Shown: piece by piece, positions 37,787 through 51,683 of the stretch
Position numbering within the stretch: position 1 is the stretch's first letter
How the letters are laid out: each line of letters begins with the position of its first letter
Source of the DNA: Novakomyces olei
Taxonomy: Eukaryota
Reading direction: 5' to 3'
DNA length: 64,000 bases
NCBI GenBank assembly: GCA_016906335.1
Contig: JADEYG010000012.1
Span: 186,001 to 250,000, forward strand
Translations under genes and position numbers: made by a program
The notes under the pieces: generated by a model
Told to the model about the DNA's origin: nothing
Databases searched by the model: none
Seen by the model: only the letters and a program-made list of their open reading frames with translations

Positions 37787-39245
37787 ATGGCAGCACAACG
37801 AGGTTTGGAGGCTCTTGCAAAGTCAGCGGCTGCAGCGAATGTCTCGAAGCAGCAAGAAAAATCCAAATTTGAGGCGGTTTTCCCTCTGCTTGTTGACGAA
37901 CTTGAATCTTACCTAAACTCACTCGATATCCCCAGCGAAGCTGTCGAGTGGTACAGAAAGGTAAGCGCGTTGCAATGGTTTTGCCACATTTATCTAATCT
38001 CATGCTCAGAGTCTGCTACACAACACGATGGGCGGAAAGCTGAATCGAGGCCTATCCGTTATCGACACGTACCGTATTCTAAAGGGCACGTCAACACTAG
38101 ACGATGCTACGTATATGCGAGTGAGCATCCTTGGCTGGGCGGTCGAGCTGTTACAAGCCTACTTTCTCATTGCTGATGATATCATGGACGAATCAAAGAC
38201 GCGTCGAGGCCAGCCTTGCTGGTACCTTATGGTACGATTCGAATATTTATAACTTTGATGTTGCGTATTTGTTTGTTTATGATTTATTTATTCACGTAAA
38301 TTATCCTGTTTGTGGATTTAGATTTTATTGATTTTTGGTCCTGCAATGCCGTGAAAGCTATGTTTTGCTGTTTACGGATAGAATTTCTTTGGTACAGTTT
38401 TATTAGTTTTGGTTTCTGGCTGGATTCTTTTTCTTTGCTGAACTATTTTGTTGTCTAAAGCGGCAATAGTTTATTATTATCCTTTTTTTTTGTTTGCTCT
38501 TTTTATACTGTATCCAAATTATTGAATACTTACCGGATAGGAGGGAGTTGGCAGCATTGCTATAAACGATGCGTTTATGATCGAGTCGGCAATTTACTTT
38601 TTCTTGAGAAAACATTTCCGCCAAGAATCGTACTATGTCGATTTGCTCGAACTAATTCATGACGTTACGTTCCGCACTGAGCTCGGACAACAGCTAGATT
38701 TGCTAGTTGCTCCGGAAACGCACGTGGATCTGGAAAAGTTTTCACTCAGTAAACACGAGTTTATTATTACGTACAAAACTGCCTTTTATTCATTCTATCT
38801 GCCTGTTGCTCTCGCCATGCATATGGCCGGAGTTGCTGATCCTGCTGATCTTAAAGCAGCTGAGTCTGTATTGATTGCTTTGGGCCAATACTTTCAAATT
38901 CAAGATGATTACCTCGACTGCTATGGTGATCCACAGATAATCGGGAAAATAGGAACAGACATTTATGATAATAAATGCTCCTGGCTCATTAATATGGCTT
39001 TGAAAAAGGCAAATTCGGAACAGCGAGCTGTTTTGGATGCAAATTATGGTCAAAAGTCGGAAGCGGCAGAGGCTAAAGTTAAAGCCGTATTCAACGAGCT
39101 CGAACTGCAAAAAGAGTACGAATCGTACGAGGAAAAAATAGTGGCCCATATTCGCGAATTGATCAATAATGTTGATGAATCTCGCGGATTCAAGCGCGCC
39201 GTTCTCACCGAGTTTCTCAACAAGGTTTATAAGCGATCAAAATAG
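37787..39245 (+). CDS. ERG20: Farnesyl diphosphate synthase; 3 exons (37787-37960, 38010-38231, 38541-39245)
   Basis: [53 protein letters not shown] and GKIGTDI. Confidence 0.97.
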
Positions 39246-40312
39246 TTTAAAAGGCCTAAATCAGTAGTGCAAATCTGATAGAAATTTTCCAGGCTGTTTT
39301 TATTCAAAATATTAATGTTTGTACAGTGTACAATACTCTGGAATAACGTGGAGTATAGTCATTTAACTTATGCATCCGCAGAGACCGGCCAACTTTATTG
39401 ATAATACATAAAATTTTAAACAAATGATATATTGACTGACTGGCATTATACTAAAGACTTTTGTAATTTAATTGACTAAACTTTTGTTGAAGAAGTACCA
39501 ACTTTTTTTTACATTTCTCTCTTCATTCCGCAAACACTTTTTTGCCGCTTCCTCTTCGGGAATAAATACAATTTATAGCATTTATCCTCGGCAGGAGGAA
39601 ACCCGTTGACAAATCGAAAACTGATAGCTTTTTTCTCAAAACAAAGCCATTCATTCATATAACGCTAAAACACAAAGTTTATAGATTATTATGAAACAAG
39701 TTGTTTTTATTATCCTCGCACAAATGCTGAATCAACCGTCCAGCATTTATCTCGGACCCTGAAAGCAATAAAGCACTTCCTTTTCGTTTCCTCTCCCTTT
39801 TTTTCCAAAATTGAACCCATCCGTACCCTTTACCGGTCTATCCTGTAATAGTAAAAAGGTAAGCATAAAATGCAAACCATTGCGCCGCTCTCTCCAACCG
39901 CAATCGCCTCGATGTAACAATAATCCATAATGCTGTAATACAGTAGAACTCCAAGCTGATAATATGCTCACGTCCTTCTTTTATTTTCAAACCAGATAAA
40001 CTAGGATAATTGCACGTTTTGACCTGGTGAACGATCCATCCATTCCCGGTACAAAAATCACGTACGATACAAACTGCAGTTTTAATACACAGCCTGGCCA
40101 CAAACACCGAGCCCATTCAAAACAAACAATATTGTAAAAATAACAAACCAATAAAGAAATATTCATTAATATTAATAATTAATAATAATAATTAATAATA
40201 ACAATTAATAATTATTCAAAATAGTTCAAAAATATTAGTAATAATTCCAAATTAAGATGAACAAACGCATAAGCTTCAAAACCCCCCAATTTTCTCGCCA
40301 ATTTCCCCGTAA

Positions 40313-43194
40313 TTATACACGCAAGAGTTCACCATCCAAAGCTTTCCCAGTCTGTGTAGGCAGCCCGACGGCAGCAGCTCCGGGCGAGTCCTCGCGTCTC
40401 TCACTATCCGGCCCTCCAGTGCTCGAGTACGATGCTTCGTTCAGCCCCAGTATGCCACTGCCACTGCCTTCGTGGGCACGTCTTACTTGCCCGGCGGGCA
40501 AATTGCCCGCCTGCCCCAGAGGCTCCTTGGGATTCAAAGGCCGATGCCCGAGGGACAAGCCAGAAATTGTGCTGGCCAGGATATTGCCCATTTGCTCCGA
40601 GTCCTTGTTGAGATGCAGGTGCGAGGCAAAAGCAGAAGGCAGAGCAGGCTGATTGGCAAAAGACGAGTAGGAAGTGCTCGTCGGCAAAGCGTGCAGCGGG
40701 TGAGCAGAACTGCACTGGAGACACGCAGTTCGTCTTTGGAAATTGGAGAATCCGCAAGCGGTACACTCCCAGTCTCCGTGTTTAACTGCTCGAAGATTGA
40801 CATTTGCCGGTTGTGAAGCGACCGGCTTGAAAAAGCCGTCCGTACTCGCCGCTGAAGCAGTTTGTGGCTGCGTAATGTTGGCTGTAAAAGGCGAAGATGC
40901 CCGTGAAGATAACGCGTGAGCTGAAGGGTAGATTTGGTGAGGGTCAGTGTGCACTCCCGTATGGTTGCTGCTGTTCATGTAGCTGTTGATGCTGTTTATA
41001 TTGCTGTTTATATTGCTGTTCATGTTATTGCCCATATTATTGTTCATATTCTGATGCAGAGCCATTTGACCAGAAAGCTGAGCGGTAATAGCAGTCGCTG
41101 GTTTTTGAGGACCACACATGGCCAGTGAATTGCTCCCGTCTGCAATCATTGCAGCTGCCGCCCGACTCGACCCGCAGCGAAGACAGGAAACGTTCTTTGC
41201 AAAATTATGGTACCCGCAATTCTCGTTTCCACACTTCCAGTCGCCCGCTCTGAAGGGTACATTGCCCCCGGCATAAGGCGGACGGGGTGGAAGAGCACCG
41301 AAATGGTTGCCGCTGTTGTTGGTATTGCTATTATTATTGCTGTTGTTGCTGCTGTTGAAATTATTATTGTTAAAATTATTACTGTTGAAATTGTTGTTGT
41401 TGTTATTGGGAAACGTGTTTGTAAAGGAGGCAAGAGCATTGGACACATTCGGGTTTGCAAAATTAGGGTTTGCAGATGTATTAAAGGTCAGATTCTGTGG
41501 AGTATTGCCACTGCCAGCAGGGCCAGTGATACTGCCTGTAGAGGCAGGCGGACCCAGTGCCATTCTCATTGCTGCCGCTGGCCCGCTATACGAATTATAA
41601 GCAGGTAAACTGGCAGAAGACTCTGAGGGCAATTGGGAAGCCGCTGCTGCGGCAGCAGCAGCAGCAGCAGAGGCCGGGAAAGAGCATCGGAAACAAGCAG
41701 TTCGTCTTTGAAAGTTACTGAACCCGCAAGAAGGACAGTTCCAATCGCCCGGTCTTGGCCTGTTCTTGCTGGGCGGAAAAGGCGTCAGAATTTCTGCGGC
41801 ATGATCGAGCACTCGGCTGCTGCTGGGCGATACTTCAACCGCCCGATCCCCCAAAGCGTGGCCGTTCATAGCCAGGGACTCGAGGGCTTCTTCGTGAGAG
41901 GAGAAAACGGCAAAGCCTATACCTGTGGGCTTATGCAAATCGGGAGTCCTTAGTGTCCAAAAGGCAATAGGCCGACCTCCGTGCTGGGTGAACCAGCTCT
42001 CCAGTTCCGATTGAGTGGTGTCGTGCAACAGACCAGACAAGTGCAGGACTTTAGATCTTTCGGAGATAAAGGCGCGGGCATCCGCATGAGCATCAAGCGG
42101 TCTCGCAAACACGTCCGGGTGAGCTTCGGGAGGCTGTGATTTTTTCACCAGGGCCACAAAGACTTTGCCGATATTGGCTGCCTCGTCAATTGCACGTTTA
42201 GAAGTACTGCTGGGAACAGTGTAGGGATAAAGCTGAGTGGGAAGCACCTCCTGGCTCGTAGACATGACGACGCCCAGGGCAGCACATATATTGCTAAGAG
42301 ACGAGGGGCCAAAGGGTAGGGCCTCTGTGTGCCGTGCCTGCCAGCGCATATACTCGTGCCTCAATTCGTAAACCCTTGGGTATTGTAAATACGCAGGCAG
42401 AGGCACCGCCTTGTCACGCGCTTCACGAGGGATCTGGACCCTCAGGTCCCATGCGTCCAGGGCAACAAAGGCGAAATCTTTCCGGCTAAAGATGAAGTTT
42501 TCCTGTACAAACCGGTCAAAGGTGGCAATTGCCTCCCGGAACGAGCCTGCGTTCCTTACATGGTCCCACGTGAGAGTCGTAAGCGAGGCTTCAATGTTAG
42601 AATTGGGTCAAATATATAATTATTTGATTAAATTTAATAAATAAATTTAATGAATAAATTAAATAATTAAATAATAATTAATTAAGAAATTAATTAGTTG
42701 AATTCAAATAACTAATTGGAATGCTTGCTAAAACTTACTGCACAAGTCTGTTATCGGTGTATTTAGTGGTCGGATCAGGATATGCTCGCGATGTAGCTGT
42801 AGACAAGTTAATAGACGATCCTTGTTACCGTACACGAAAACGTACCTCTTCAAGCGTTGAAGGATCAATAACGATCCACGCAATCTCGATTACTTCAGCG
42901 GCATCTGCGGGTCAATAAGCGTCCATTGCCAAGGCACTCGAGTACACACAAACGGTCCAAATACGCAGCAGGACGGGAAAAATGAAAACAAAAAAATCAA
43001 AATAAAATAATATAAAATAAAATAAAATAAAAACTCAGAAAGCAAACAAAACAGAATAAATGTGTTTTAAACCCATGCAATACGCAGAAAACTAATTGCC
43101 TTCACAATCAAACCGTACCTTTGCCCACACACACACCATGCTCGTCGCAGGTCGTGCTAACGTGAACGACGACGAGCCTGTCCGGGAACTTCAT
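40313..43194 (-). CDS. NRP1: Asn-rich RNA-binding protein with RRM and three RanBP2 zinc fingers (Nrp1/Dri1 family); 4 exons
   Basis: N-terminal VHVSTTCDEHGV..KDAAEVIEIAW, RRM DTTQSELESWFTQ, three GDWxC..C...NF....C..C fingers and Asn tracts. Confidence 0.9.
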
Positions 43195-44004
43195 GATGGA
43201 GCACGCAGTCGCAAAAAGATTTTATACATAGACAGTTCTGCTGATGTGCGCGTACTGTGAAATACAAAGTGTATACAATATTTTCGTACATTATGATCAA
43301 AAATACTAACTGCAGGTAGTGTTACTTGTCGCTGCTTCTGTTTACAAGGCACCAATCAGAATCGTCGCTCTTGGAAAGGCCGGATTGCCTGTTTATTTAA
43401 AGAGGGTAAATTAGGGTTAATAAGTAACAATGTTCTGTGCAAGTCGGCCAAAAATCGTTATTATCATGTACCGTTGTCTCTACAGCCAGACGGACAAGAT
43501 TGCAGGCAAAAGTCAATATAATTGGTGTGTGTAGCGTTGTAATGCGTCCTGCTCGATTACAAAATAATATCCGTCTATCAAAATTATTTTAGTAAATTGC
43601 TCAATGCTATATATTCTGATGTCTACGGCGCTCTTATAAATTAAAAGTAGTAATAAGAAACAACGTCGCAATACTAATTAAACGTCGATCTTCACAAGAT
43701 TTTTAACGTGTGCGTGAGTTTATAAACTCGTTTGGCCGCCTCTACCAAACTATTGTTCAAGTGTTCATAGCCATCGACAAATTCCTTACTGTTGACAGTA
43801 TAGGCCCTCATTACGCGTAAAAAAACGCTAATGGACGCACCGTGTCTATACCAATGTCAATAAATATCATAGCAAATATACTACATGGCTCTACACCAGA
43901 AAGCTACATGGTCACGTTAATGTACAGCGATAACAAATAACATTTCAGCACAGTATTTACAATAATCTCCGGCAATCATATCTCCTCAGAGACCTTTAAG
44001 TATA

Positions 44005-46926
44005 TCAGGCCGGCAAGCCGGATATTACACGCAGTAGAGAGTTGCGAGCCGCACCTTCCGACACTGCTGAACTCGCCACAAGCGTCTCCAATCGACCACG
44101 CAACTCGCTGCATTTGTCTCCTCCTCCGGATGATGATTTGTCGATACTCAATTTCTGCATTGCTAGGCACAAGGCATTACGTTCCTCCTCTGGTCTGTTA
44201 GAAATCAAACAAACAAATAAACAAATAGACAAATAAATAGATAACAATTGTTCAATTGATTGAATAGATAAATGCTTCACTCACTGTAACGAGAAAGTTC
44301 AATCTGTTTGGCCATTGCCATTGCAAGATCTGTGTGAGTTTCAAGGGAAACTTGCGACTGTCCAGACTGAACGCTCTCGGCAAGCTTGGCCGGGTTTGTC
44401 CAGTCCACAATATGCATCAAAATTGTGGGCAGGGGCGTCATTTCTTCCGTCTCCTCCTCCAACTGGGCTGCCAGTTTTACCAGTTTATGAAAGGCAGGAA
44501 CGGCAGCTTGAGCAGCCAATTCCTGGTGTCTTGGTGATGAAAAGCAGTAGACGGGAAAGAAGTACGAGAGTGCTTGTCGCAGGAGTAAATTGTGACCATT
44601 AGCTGGATCAAAATAAACAAAAATCAAAATCTCTAAAAGTTCAACAGACGGCATTAAATTGAGCAGTAGCAATTTGCTCACAGCAACTGCTGTGGTCGCC
44701 TGTAACTCTGGCAATTCATCGGCCGTCAGAGCGCGGGCAAGTAGATTCAGTACTTGCGATTCAGCTGCAGATCGTTCATCCCCGGCATGAGTAAAAATGA
44801 CGGCTGGCCCATGACAGACGATTAAATCTGTCATTATTTTAATGGCTGCGACTTGCAAACTCTCGTGGCCCTTTGCCAGGCAATGAACAAACAGAGGGAA
44901 ATTGTCAACTGCCTCCCGTTGACTCAAACTGGCATAAAGCCCAAGGGCACACAGCCCACTCTCTCGAACTTGGGCATTGTGGTCACGTACGCAGGGTACT
45001 ATAAGCGACTCAAAGATATTTAGCAGTTGAGAGTTTTCCTGTGGTCCTTTAGCCACGTTTTCCAGAGCTTTTTGTACGATAAACAGGCATCGCAAAGTGA
45101 TGGAAATGCTCTCCGATTCTTCTTCGTCTTCATCTTCAAGGCCAGAATCGCTTGTGGCTGGAGTCATTAGTCGCCGGTTTCTTTGGCCACTCTGTTGTTT
45201 GGTGTGGCGTCCTGCTGAAGAAGCTGATTGATGAGGAGAATCACCGATTTCCGACTGGGCAGAATGAAATGAAGCCTCAGAGTTCCTCTCTTCTTCTCCT
45301 CCTGCCGTCTGTGGCCGACTGGCAACGGAGGAGGCACTAATTATATCCTGCAAGTCAGAGATTGTCTCCATGATAACCCCAACAAAATTAGTTTCACTGC
45401 CTGTTACACAGCAGAGCACTCGGACTGCTTTGGCCACAATTGACTCGGGGATTCTGGCGTCACTAAGGATAGAGCGCAGTAAAGGGTACATTCGTCGACG
45501 GCCGATTTCATCAGCAAAATCCAGTGTCGCTGCGACCGTAAGCAGCTGCTCTATAATAAAAGAGGTATCAACGATCTTTTGCGCCTCTGCGGATTTGCCT
45601 TGTAAGCTACCGCGTTTGCTTGCAGCCTCGCTCTGCTCGTCATACAATTGTGTCAAGTTATTTAATTGGGTTGCAATATACACAACGAGACGAGAGGCCT
45701 CTGGCATTCGAGTCTCTAGCGAATCTTTGCCCCTGGTCTCCTCATCGTACTCGTTCAATACGCGTGCTAACAAGGAGCCTTCGGGCGTAATGCTTTCCCA
45801 AAATTCAGGTGAGAACTCGATACTCGAAGCGGCATCAGGGCGAGTCTGGAAGAACGCACGCAGAGCCAAAGGCGCTGCCTGGCTGGACACAACATCGAGA
45901 CGCTCTAGCAATTCAAGGATGTTATTTCCAGCTGCCTCGATCCAATCATGGGCAAACATTTTAGCAGTCGCCTTATACACAGAGGCATCTCGGTCTTCCA
46001 GGCCCCAGCGTAGAAGCTTTTCCCTCTTTTTGATACTGAGATACTTGAAACTGCCCAGCTCTTTTAAGCAGCGTGCGTAAACCATTCTCCGATTAACCGC
46101 GTCTGCGTCACGTGCTCGCTCAAGGATAAACGGTAGTGTTGCACTCGTTTGCTCCAAGTGCAAAAGTACAGCGCGTCTCACCTCGCTGTAGATTAGCATA
46201 TATATAAATTAAATAATAAATATAAATATAGATATAGATCAAGGCAGCAAAGAATGCCTTTGTCGAGTCTATAATAAAGTTTGTAGCTACAATCTTGACT
46301 TACGCGCTAGGATCGTGCTGGAGCACATGCAGCAAAGCCTGTAAAAGCTCATCGTCTTCGTTATCGCTGCTCTGGAGCCGGGCCAGACCGACGACTGCGT
46401 GTTGTCGGACGGAAGCCTCCTTATCGTTGAGGCGGCGAAGAAATCGTGCTGTCAGCTCATCAAACACGTCATCACTGCGCTGTTAGTATTGGTATAATGT
46501 ATGCACGTACTCTATTTCCGTTATTGCGTTTACACAGTAGGCCAATAACTGGACGACGCGAAAGCGTACTACTTTGTCTCTCGCATCGGCTCCACGCATT
46601 AAGAAACGCAAAAGACGCGTAATGAAAGCAGCTGCAAGTTGCACATCCGCGCTCTCCTCATTACGTGTCAAGACGCGCTCTTGCAGATGCAACAAGAAAG
46701 CAGAGACGAATTTGACAATGCGATCTGCACAAGATTCGCTCTTTTTCACCGTCAGAATTCGTGAAACTGCCGCGATAAAACTGTGGCTGAACGTGTCCAA
46801 GTCTTGAGAGGACATAAAGACGGCCGTCATAGCATTACACAGTCGGCGATGCTGAATAAGCGATGATTGGGCATCTTGAAAGACGGCGCGGACGCGTTCG
46901 TCCACACTTGGCTCTGTGTTTACCAT
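44005..46926 (-). CDS. YCG1: Condensin subunit Ycg1/Cnd3 (CAP-G); 4 exons
   Basis: ARDKVVRFRVVQLL, DKEASVRQHAV, HDPSAEVRRAVL, ERARDADAVNRR, DFADEIGRRRM and LRQALSYFFPVY. Introns at 46475-46510, 46185-46303 and 44190-44284. Confidence 0.93.
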
Positions 46927-46958
46927 CTTGTAAACAGTAAACAAACAGTGCAGATTAG

Positions 46959-47237
<279 letters not shown>

Positions 47238-47342
47238 ACATATATATAAGCTGAAGCAAGATAGATTATTCGCATAATAAAACATACGACGACAAGCAGT
47301 CGGTCAAGAAAAAACGTATAATTTTAAGAGGACCCGTGACCA

Positions 47343-48150
47343 ATGCTACGGTCTGCGTGGAAAAGCAGCGGCACCTGCGCCTTTGCGCGTCCTCGCCAGT
47401 TCGCACAGTGTATGCAGCACAGCAGACTAATCGTATTAACTAATCAATCTAGATTCTACAGTGTTTGAGGCTCCGCCATTGAAGACGCTAAAACCCGCAG
47501 AGTCACGCAAATCTTTCCTTCATGCACAGTACACGGAACTACTGCGGTCGCGTCCCCATTTTCTCCTTTGCCAGCACAACAATCTGACCCCTATTGAAGC
47601 TCGGCAGTTGAGGAATACGCTGAAGGAGTCAGGAAAGTCGGCACTGCAGCTCCTCGTTCTGAGGACAGGTATATTTGCACACGCGCTAAAAGTGTACAGC
47701 GCCTTTCAGCGCCGCCCAGAGTACTGGCAGCGAATCAGCCCGCAGTCGTTGAGGGCAAGTTGGATTGGGAAACGCAAATTTGCAAGGGCTCTTGATGGTG
47801 CCATTGCAGAGGACGGCGATGACGCTCTTCTTCGGCTGCTAGTGGGCCCCGTGGCCATTATTGCACTCCCACCGACTCTGGAGCCGGCGGATGTGGCCAC
47901 GGCTCTGTCTATAGTACAACAGTCACAGGGCAAATTAATGCTGCTCGGGGCGCGGCTAGAGAACAGGCTGTATGACACTCAAAACTTGGACGAGATTAAA
48001 CTGCTCCCGGATCTTTCTACACTGCACTCTCAATTGCTCGGGCTGCTGAACGCCCCAGCGTCCCGTGTTATTGCTACCGCAGCGGCCGCTGGTGGTGGAC
48101 GGCTGGCCCACGTACTGGAGTCACACAGGGCGCAATTGGAAAAGAACTAG
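47343..48150 (+). CDS. MRPL11: Mitochondrial ribosomal protein uL10m; 2 exons (47343-47409, 47453-48150)
   Basis: Presequence-like N-terminus, SRKSFLHAQY, QHNNL, LLVGPVA, LMLLGARLE and LPDLSTLHSQLLGLL. Confidence 0.85.
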
Positions 48151-48602
48151 GCGGGTGCAGTTTGTGTACTCGCAAGAAGAAAAGGAATTTTTAACCACTA
48201 GATAATATCACAAGGGGGATGAGTATTCTGTTCTACATCATCATTGTCCACACAATGCTTAGCGCGTAGAGGATAGCAGAGTTAGAGGTAGCCGGTAGTA
48301 TGCAGAATGATTTGTTTAAAATGGATAAATCGAGGCACCAACTAGATCCGAGCCTGACGGGTCTTGAAGAGTATACAGTGTATATCATGCTTACATAAAT
48401 TTTTTCACAGGCTCACAAAAAGTGTTAGCGCTTGCAGATGTTACAAGTCAATTCCTTTAATGTTTGTCCGGTAATTTAATTTTCCGTTTAGTTTTTTCCT
48501 TTTTATAAAGACAAAATGGAGCAGTGTTTAATGCACGGATTTAATTTTATTATCAGGGCCAACAGAATTGCGGCCGTATGATTTGAGAGTGTATGCTACT
48601 CA

Positions 48603-50994
48603 TTAAATATCAATATCAATATCAATATCAGCCTGGGCGATTATATCGTCAACTCCAGCTAATGTTTTCTTGTTTGCTTTCGAAATATTTTCCTGCGTAA
48701 TTTTATCAGCAGAAACGTCTGTACTGCCATCAGTAGTCGACGCTCCTTCTGCTTTCGCGTCTGGTGTAGCAGCAAGAGCTGCCGGCGTCGGGGAACGCGG
48801 AGTCGTGGGAGTCGAACCTCGATCGAGAAAAGTTCGCGGGGCTGTTTTGAGTCTCTGAAACGGATCAGCTGCGGCTCCGGCTGTAGCTGCCTGTCTTCGC
48901 CTTTCTTCCTGTAATCGAATTTCTGCTTTACGGATCTCGAGATGATTTACTTTGCGATTGCGTTCATTCAAACGAGTAAGCGCGGTCAAGTGCGTTTGCT
49001 GTCCCGACATTCGGCCTTGCAGTAACTCTTCCAGCACTAGAAGCCGCTCTTCCAATTCACGAATTTGGCCAACATCACCGGCATCACGAGCAATGACAAT
49101 CTTTTGTTTTATTTGCATTCTTTCTTGAGCCAAGTTTGTGGGGATACGTTGAGCAGCTTTTTTAAGCCGAACCATCTCTGATATCTCTTCGTCAGTGAAG
49201 GAATGATTTATCATTGCTCGCAGCTCGCGTGCTTTGCTGCGCGCCTTGCCTCTTGTGGGGAAGGGCATATGATCTTCCTGCATTTGCCGAGCCCAGCGAT
49301 CAAATACTTTCTATACTCAATTAGACTGTGGCCGATGAGGAACAAGATAGTTGGGAGATATAGAGTTGGAAATACTGAAAATGAAAAAGGAAATAAAAAT
49401 AAGAAAATAAAACACAGTAAATAAAAATGAGCAATCGGAGGCAGCAAATAGGGAATAAACAGCCAGCAGAACTTACGCTTTCAGTATCCTGATTAGAAAG
49501 GACATCCATAGGGAATGTTTTCTCACTCGAGCCATGAAGACACAACAATTGGACGTTTGTCCATACCCCCTCGACACGGTACGCGCGATTTGCCGGTACC
49601 ACAGCTGAACGTCAGATTTGAAGCTTTGGATATATTCGTGAAACAAATATTAATCAAAATTTTCCAGCATAAAGATATTCAAACGTCTAGCAAGTTGAAA
49701 AAAAAACAATCTGCATCCCAGATCCATAATCCCATTCTTGAATTCTTACCCTTGACTATACTCAATCGATAAACACTTTCTCGAGTTTGTCGATCTTCGC
49801 CAATTTTGACAATGGTGAAAGCCCCTCGCACTGCTTGTTCAAACAAAGGATTGAACATATGTTTGCTGCAAAGTTTACGGTCGATTTTCGCCCGATCGAT
49901 GTATTGAAGAGTGACTGGCTCATTCTGATCTGATTAATATACAGTACAATTTCATTATTTTTGTTTATTTTTATTTATTTTCTTTTTATTTTCTTTTCTT
50001 TTATTTTCTTCTCTTTTTAAGTTTATTTTTGCGGCTTACATCATCAGGCAACTCAAAAGATTCCTTAGTGTCCGCATGACGGTCGCCTACAGTCTCTTCT
50101 TCTTCCTCTTGATCATCCCACATTCTATCCGCCTCATTGTCATCCTCCTCATCGCCACTACTGCCCGAGGACTCGTCTTCCGAGTCCCATGAATCTTTCC
50201 CTTTCCGCCCTTTACGGCCACCCGCCGCAGACTTGGTCGACTTTTCTTGGCGCAAAGCACGCAGCCGTGAAAGTTTGTCCCTTTTAGTCTCTGACTCCGC
50301 TGTTGATTTATCCCGTCCAGAGCCTGTAGGTTAGGATAACGTCGATAGTCATAGACGGCAAAAGAAGACGAGGTTGGAAAGAAACAAACGCAAATTTGAG
50401 CATTCACAATTAGGGCCGCACAAATATACATCAAAAACAAACAAGCAAACATGAATAGCGGTAGCATACGTCGTTGGGATGTTTGGCGATTCAAACGTAA
50501 ACGTTCAGCCAACCTTTGCCTCTCTTGCAACCGAGCAATTTCCTCTTCACGCTCATACAGAATAGACTCTCGCTCAACTTCCGCCATACTGAGCAGACTG
50601 GATATTAACATAAAACTCTTTAAAGCCTTTACACAACATCAACGTACCGCGCACGATCCTCTTCGTCTTTGAATTTGCCTTCCAGAGGATAGGGATTAAT
50701 ATAGATACTGTCCTCCTGCGCTTCCTCTTCGTCATCGCTGGAATCGTACCTGAACCGTAAGTCGATTGCCCAATAGCCTAGTGCATTCTAAAAGGCAGCT
50801 TACTTGCGCGCTCGTTTGCCTTCCCGCTCGGGATCTACTGAAGATCCCCGTTTACTCGCAGTAACGCTTGCCGCCTTTGCAGGCACGACACCTTCAGCGG
50901 CAGAAGACCCTGCACGAGAGCTCTCTCGGCCTGAGCCTTCATCGTTCCCGTGCCCGGCAAGAGCGAGCAGCTCGTTCGACAGATCATCGGCCAT
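48603..50994 (-). CDS. RTF1: Paf1-complex-associated Rtf1/Prf1 (Plus-3 domain); multi-exon
   Basis: NPYPLEGKFKDEEDR, SMAEVERESILYEREEE, FEQAVRGAF (Plus-3), HGSSEKTFPM and LNERNRKVN. Confidence 0.9.
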
Positions 50995-51097
50995 GGCAAC
51001 GTGCTTTACAAACCAGACCGGTGAGCTGTAAAATCAAGGACCAATTCATATATTATGTATATATATAATACATTGTAAGGTTAGAGATTTGTATAAA

Positions 51098-51326
51098 TAT
51101 AAAATATAAAATATAAAATATAAAATATAAAATATAAAATATAAAATATAAAATATAAAATATAAAATATAAAATATAAAATATAAAATATAAAATATAA
51201 AATATAAAATATAAAATATAAAATATAAAATATAAAATATAAAATATAAAATATAAAATATAAAATATAAAATATAAAATATAAAATATAAAATATAAAA
51301 TATAAAATATAAAATATATAAAATAT
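51098..51326. repeat. (TATAAAA)n 7-mer array, about 32 copies
   Basis: Directly visible, about 100 nt upstream of the RTF1 ATG. Confidence 0.98.
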
Positions 51327-51683
51327 ACCCGTATCATCTACATAACATTCCTGTATTATGTACCTACCTAAAACGTGAGTAATTTAATCAAAATTTATAA
51401 TAGATATAAAAATCTAAATTCATATTAAATAGACATAATACAACTAATCGAATATAACGCCTATTCTTTCAGGGTGCGTTATATAGTATAGAAGCAAATG
51501 TTTACGCTTCGCTTACAGTGTTATCTATGTGCGAACGACCGATAATAATTCAAAGGCTAAAGTGCACATTGAATCGCTGATTTTGATCTGATTTGTGCCG
51601 CTGATCCACCAAAATTTCGGCCAAAATTTCAGCCAAAATTCCGGGCAATTTTTGCTTTGATTTGTAGGGCAAAGCTGTTTAGT

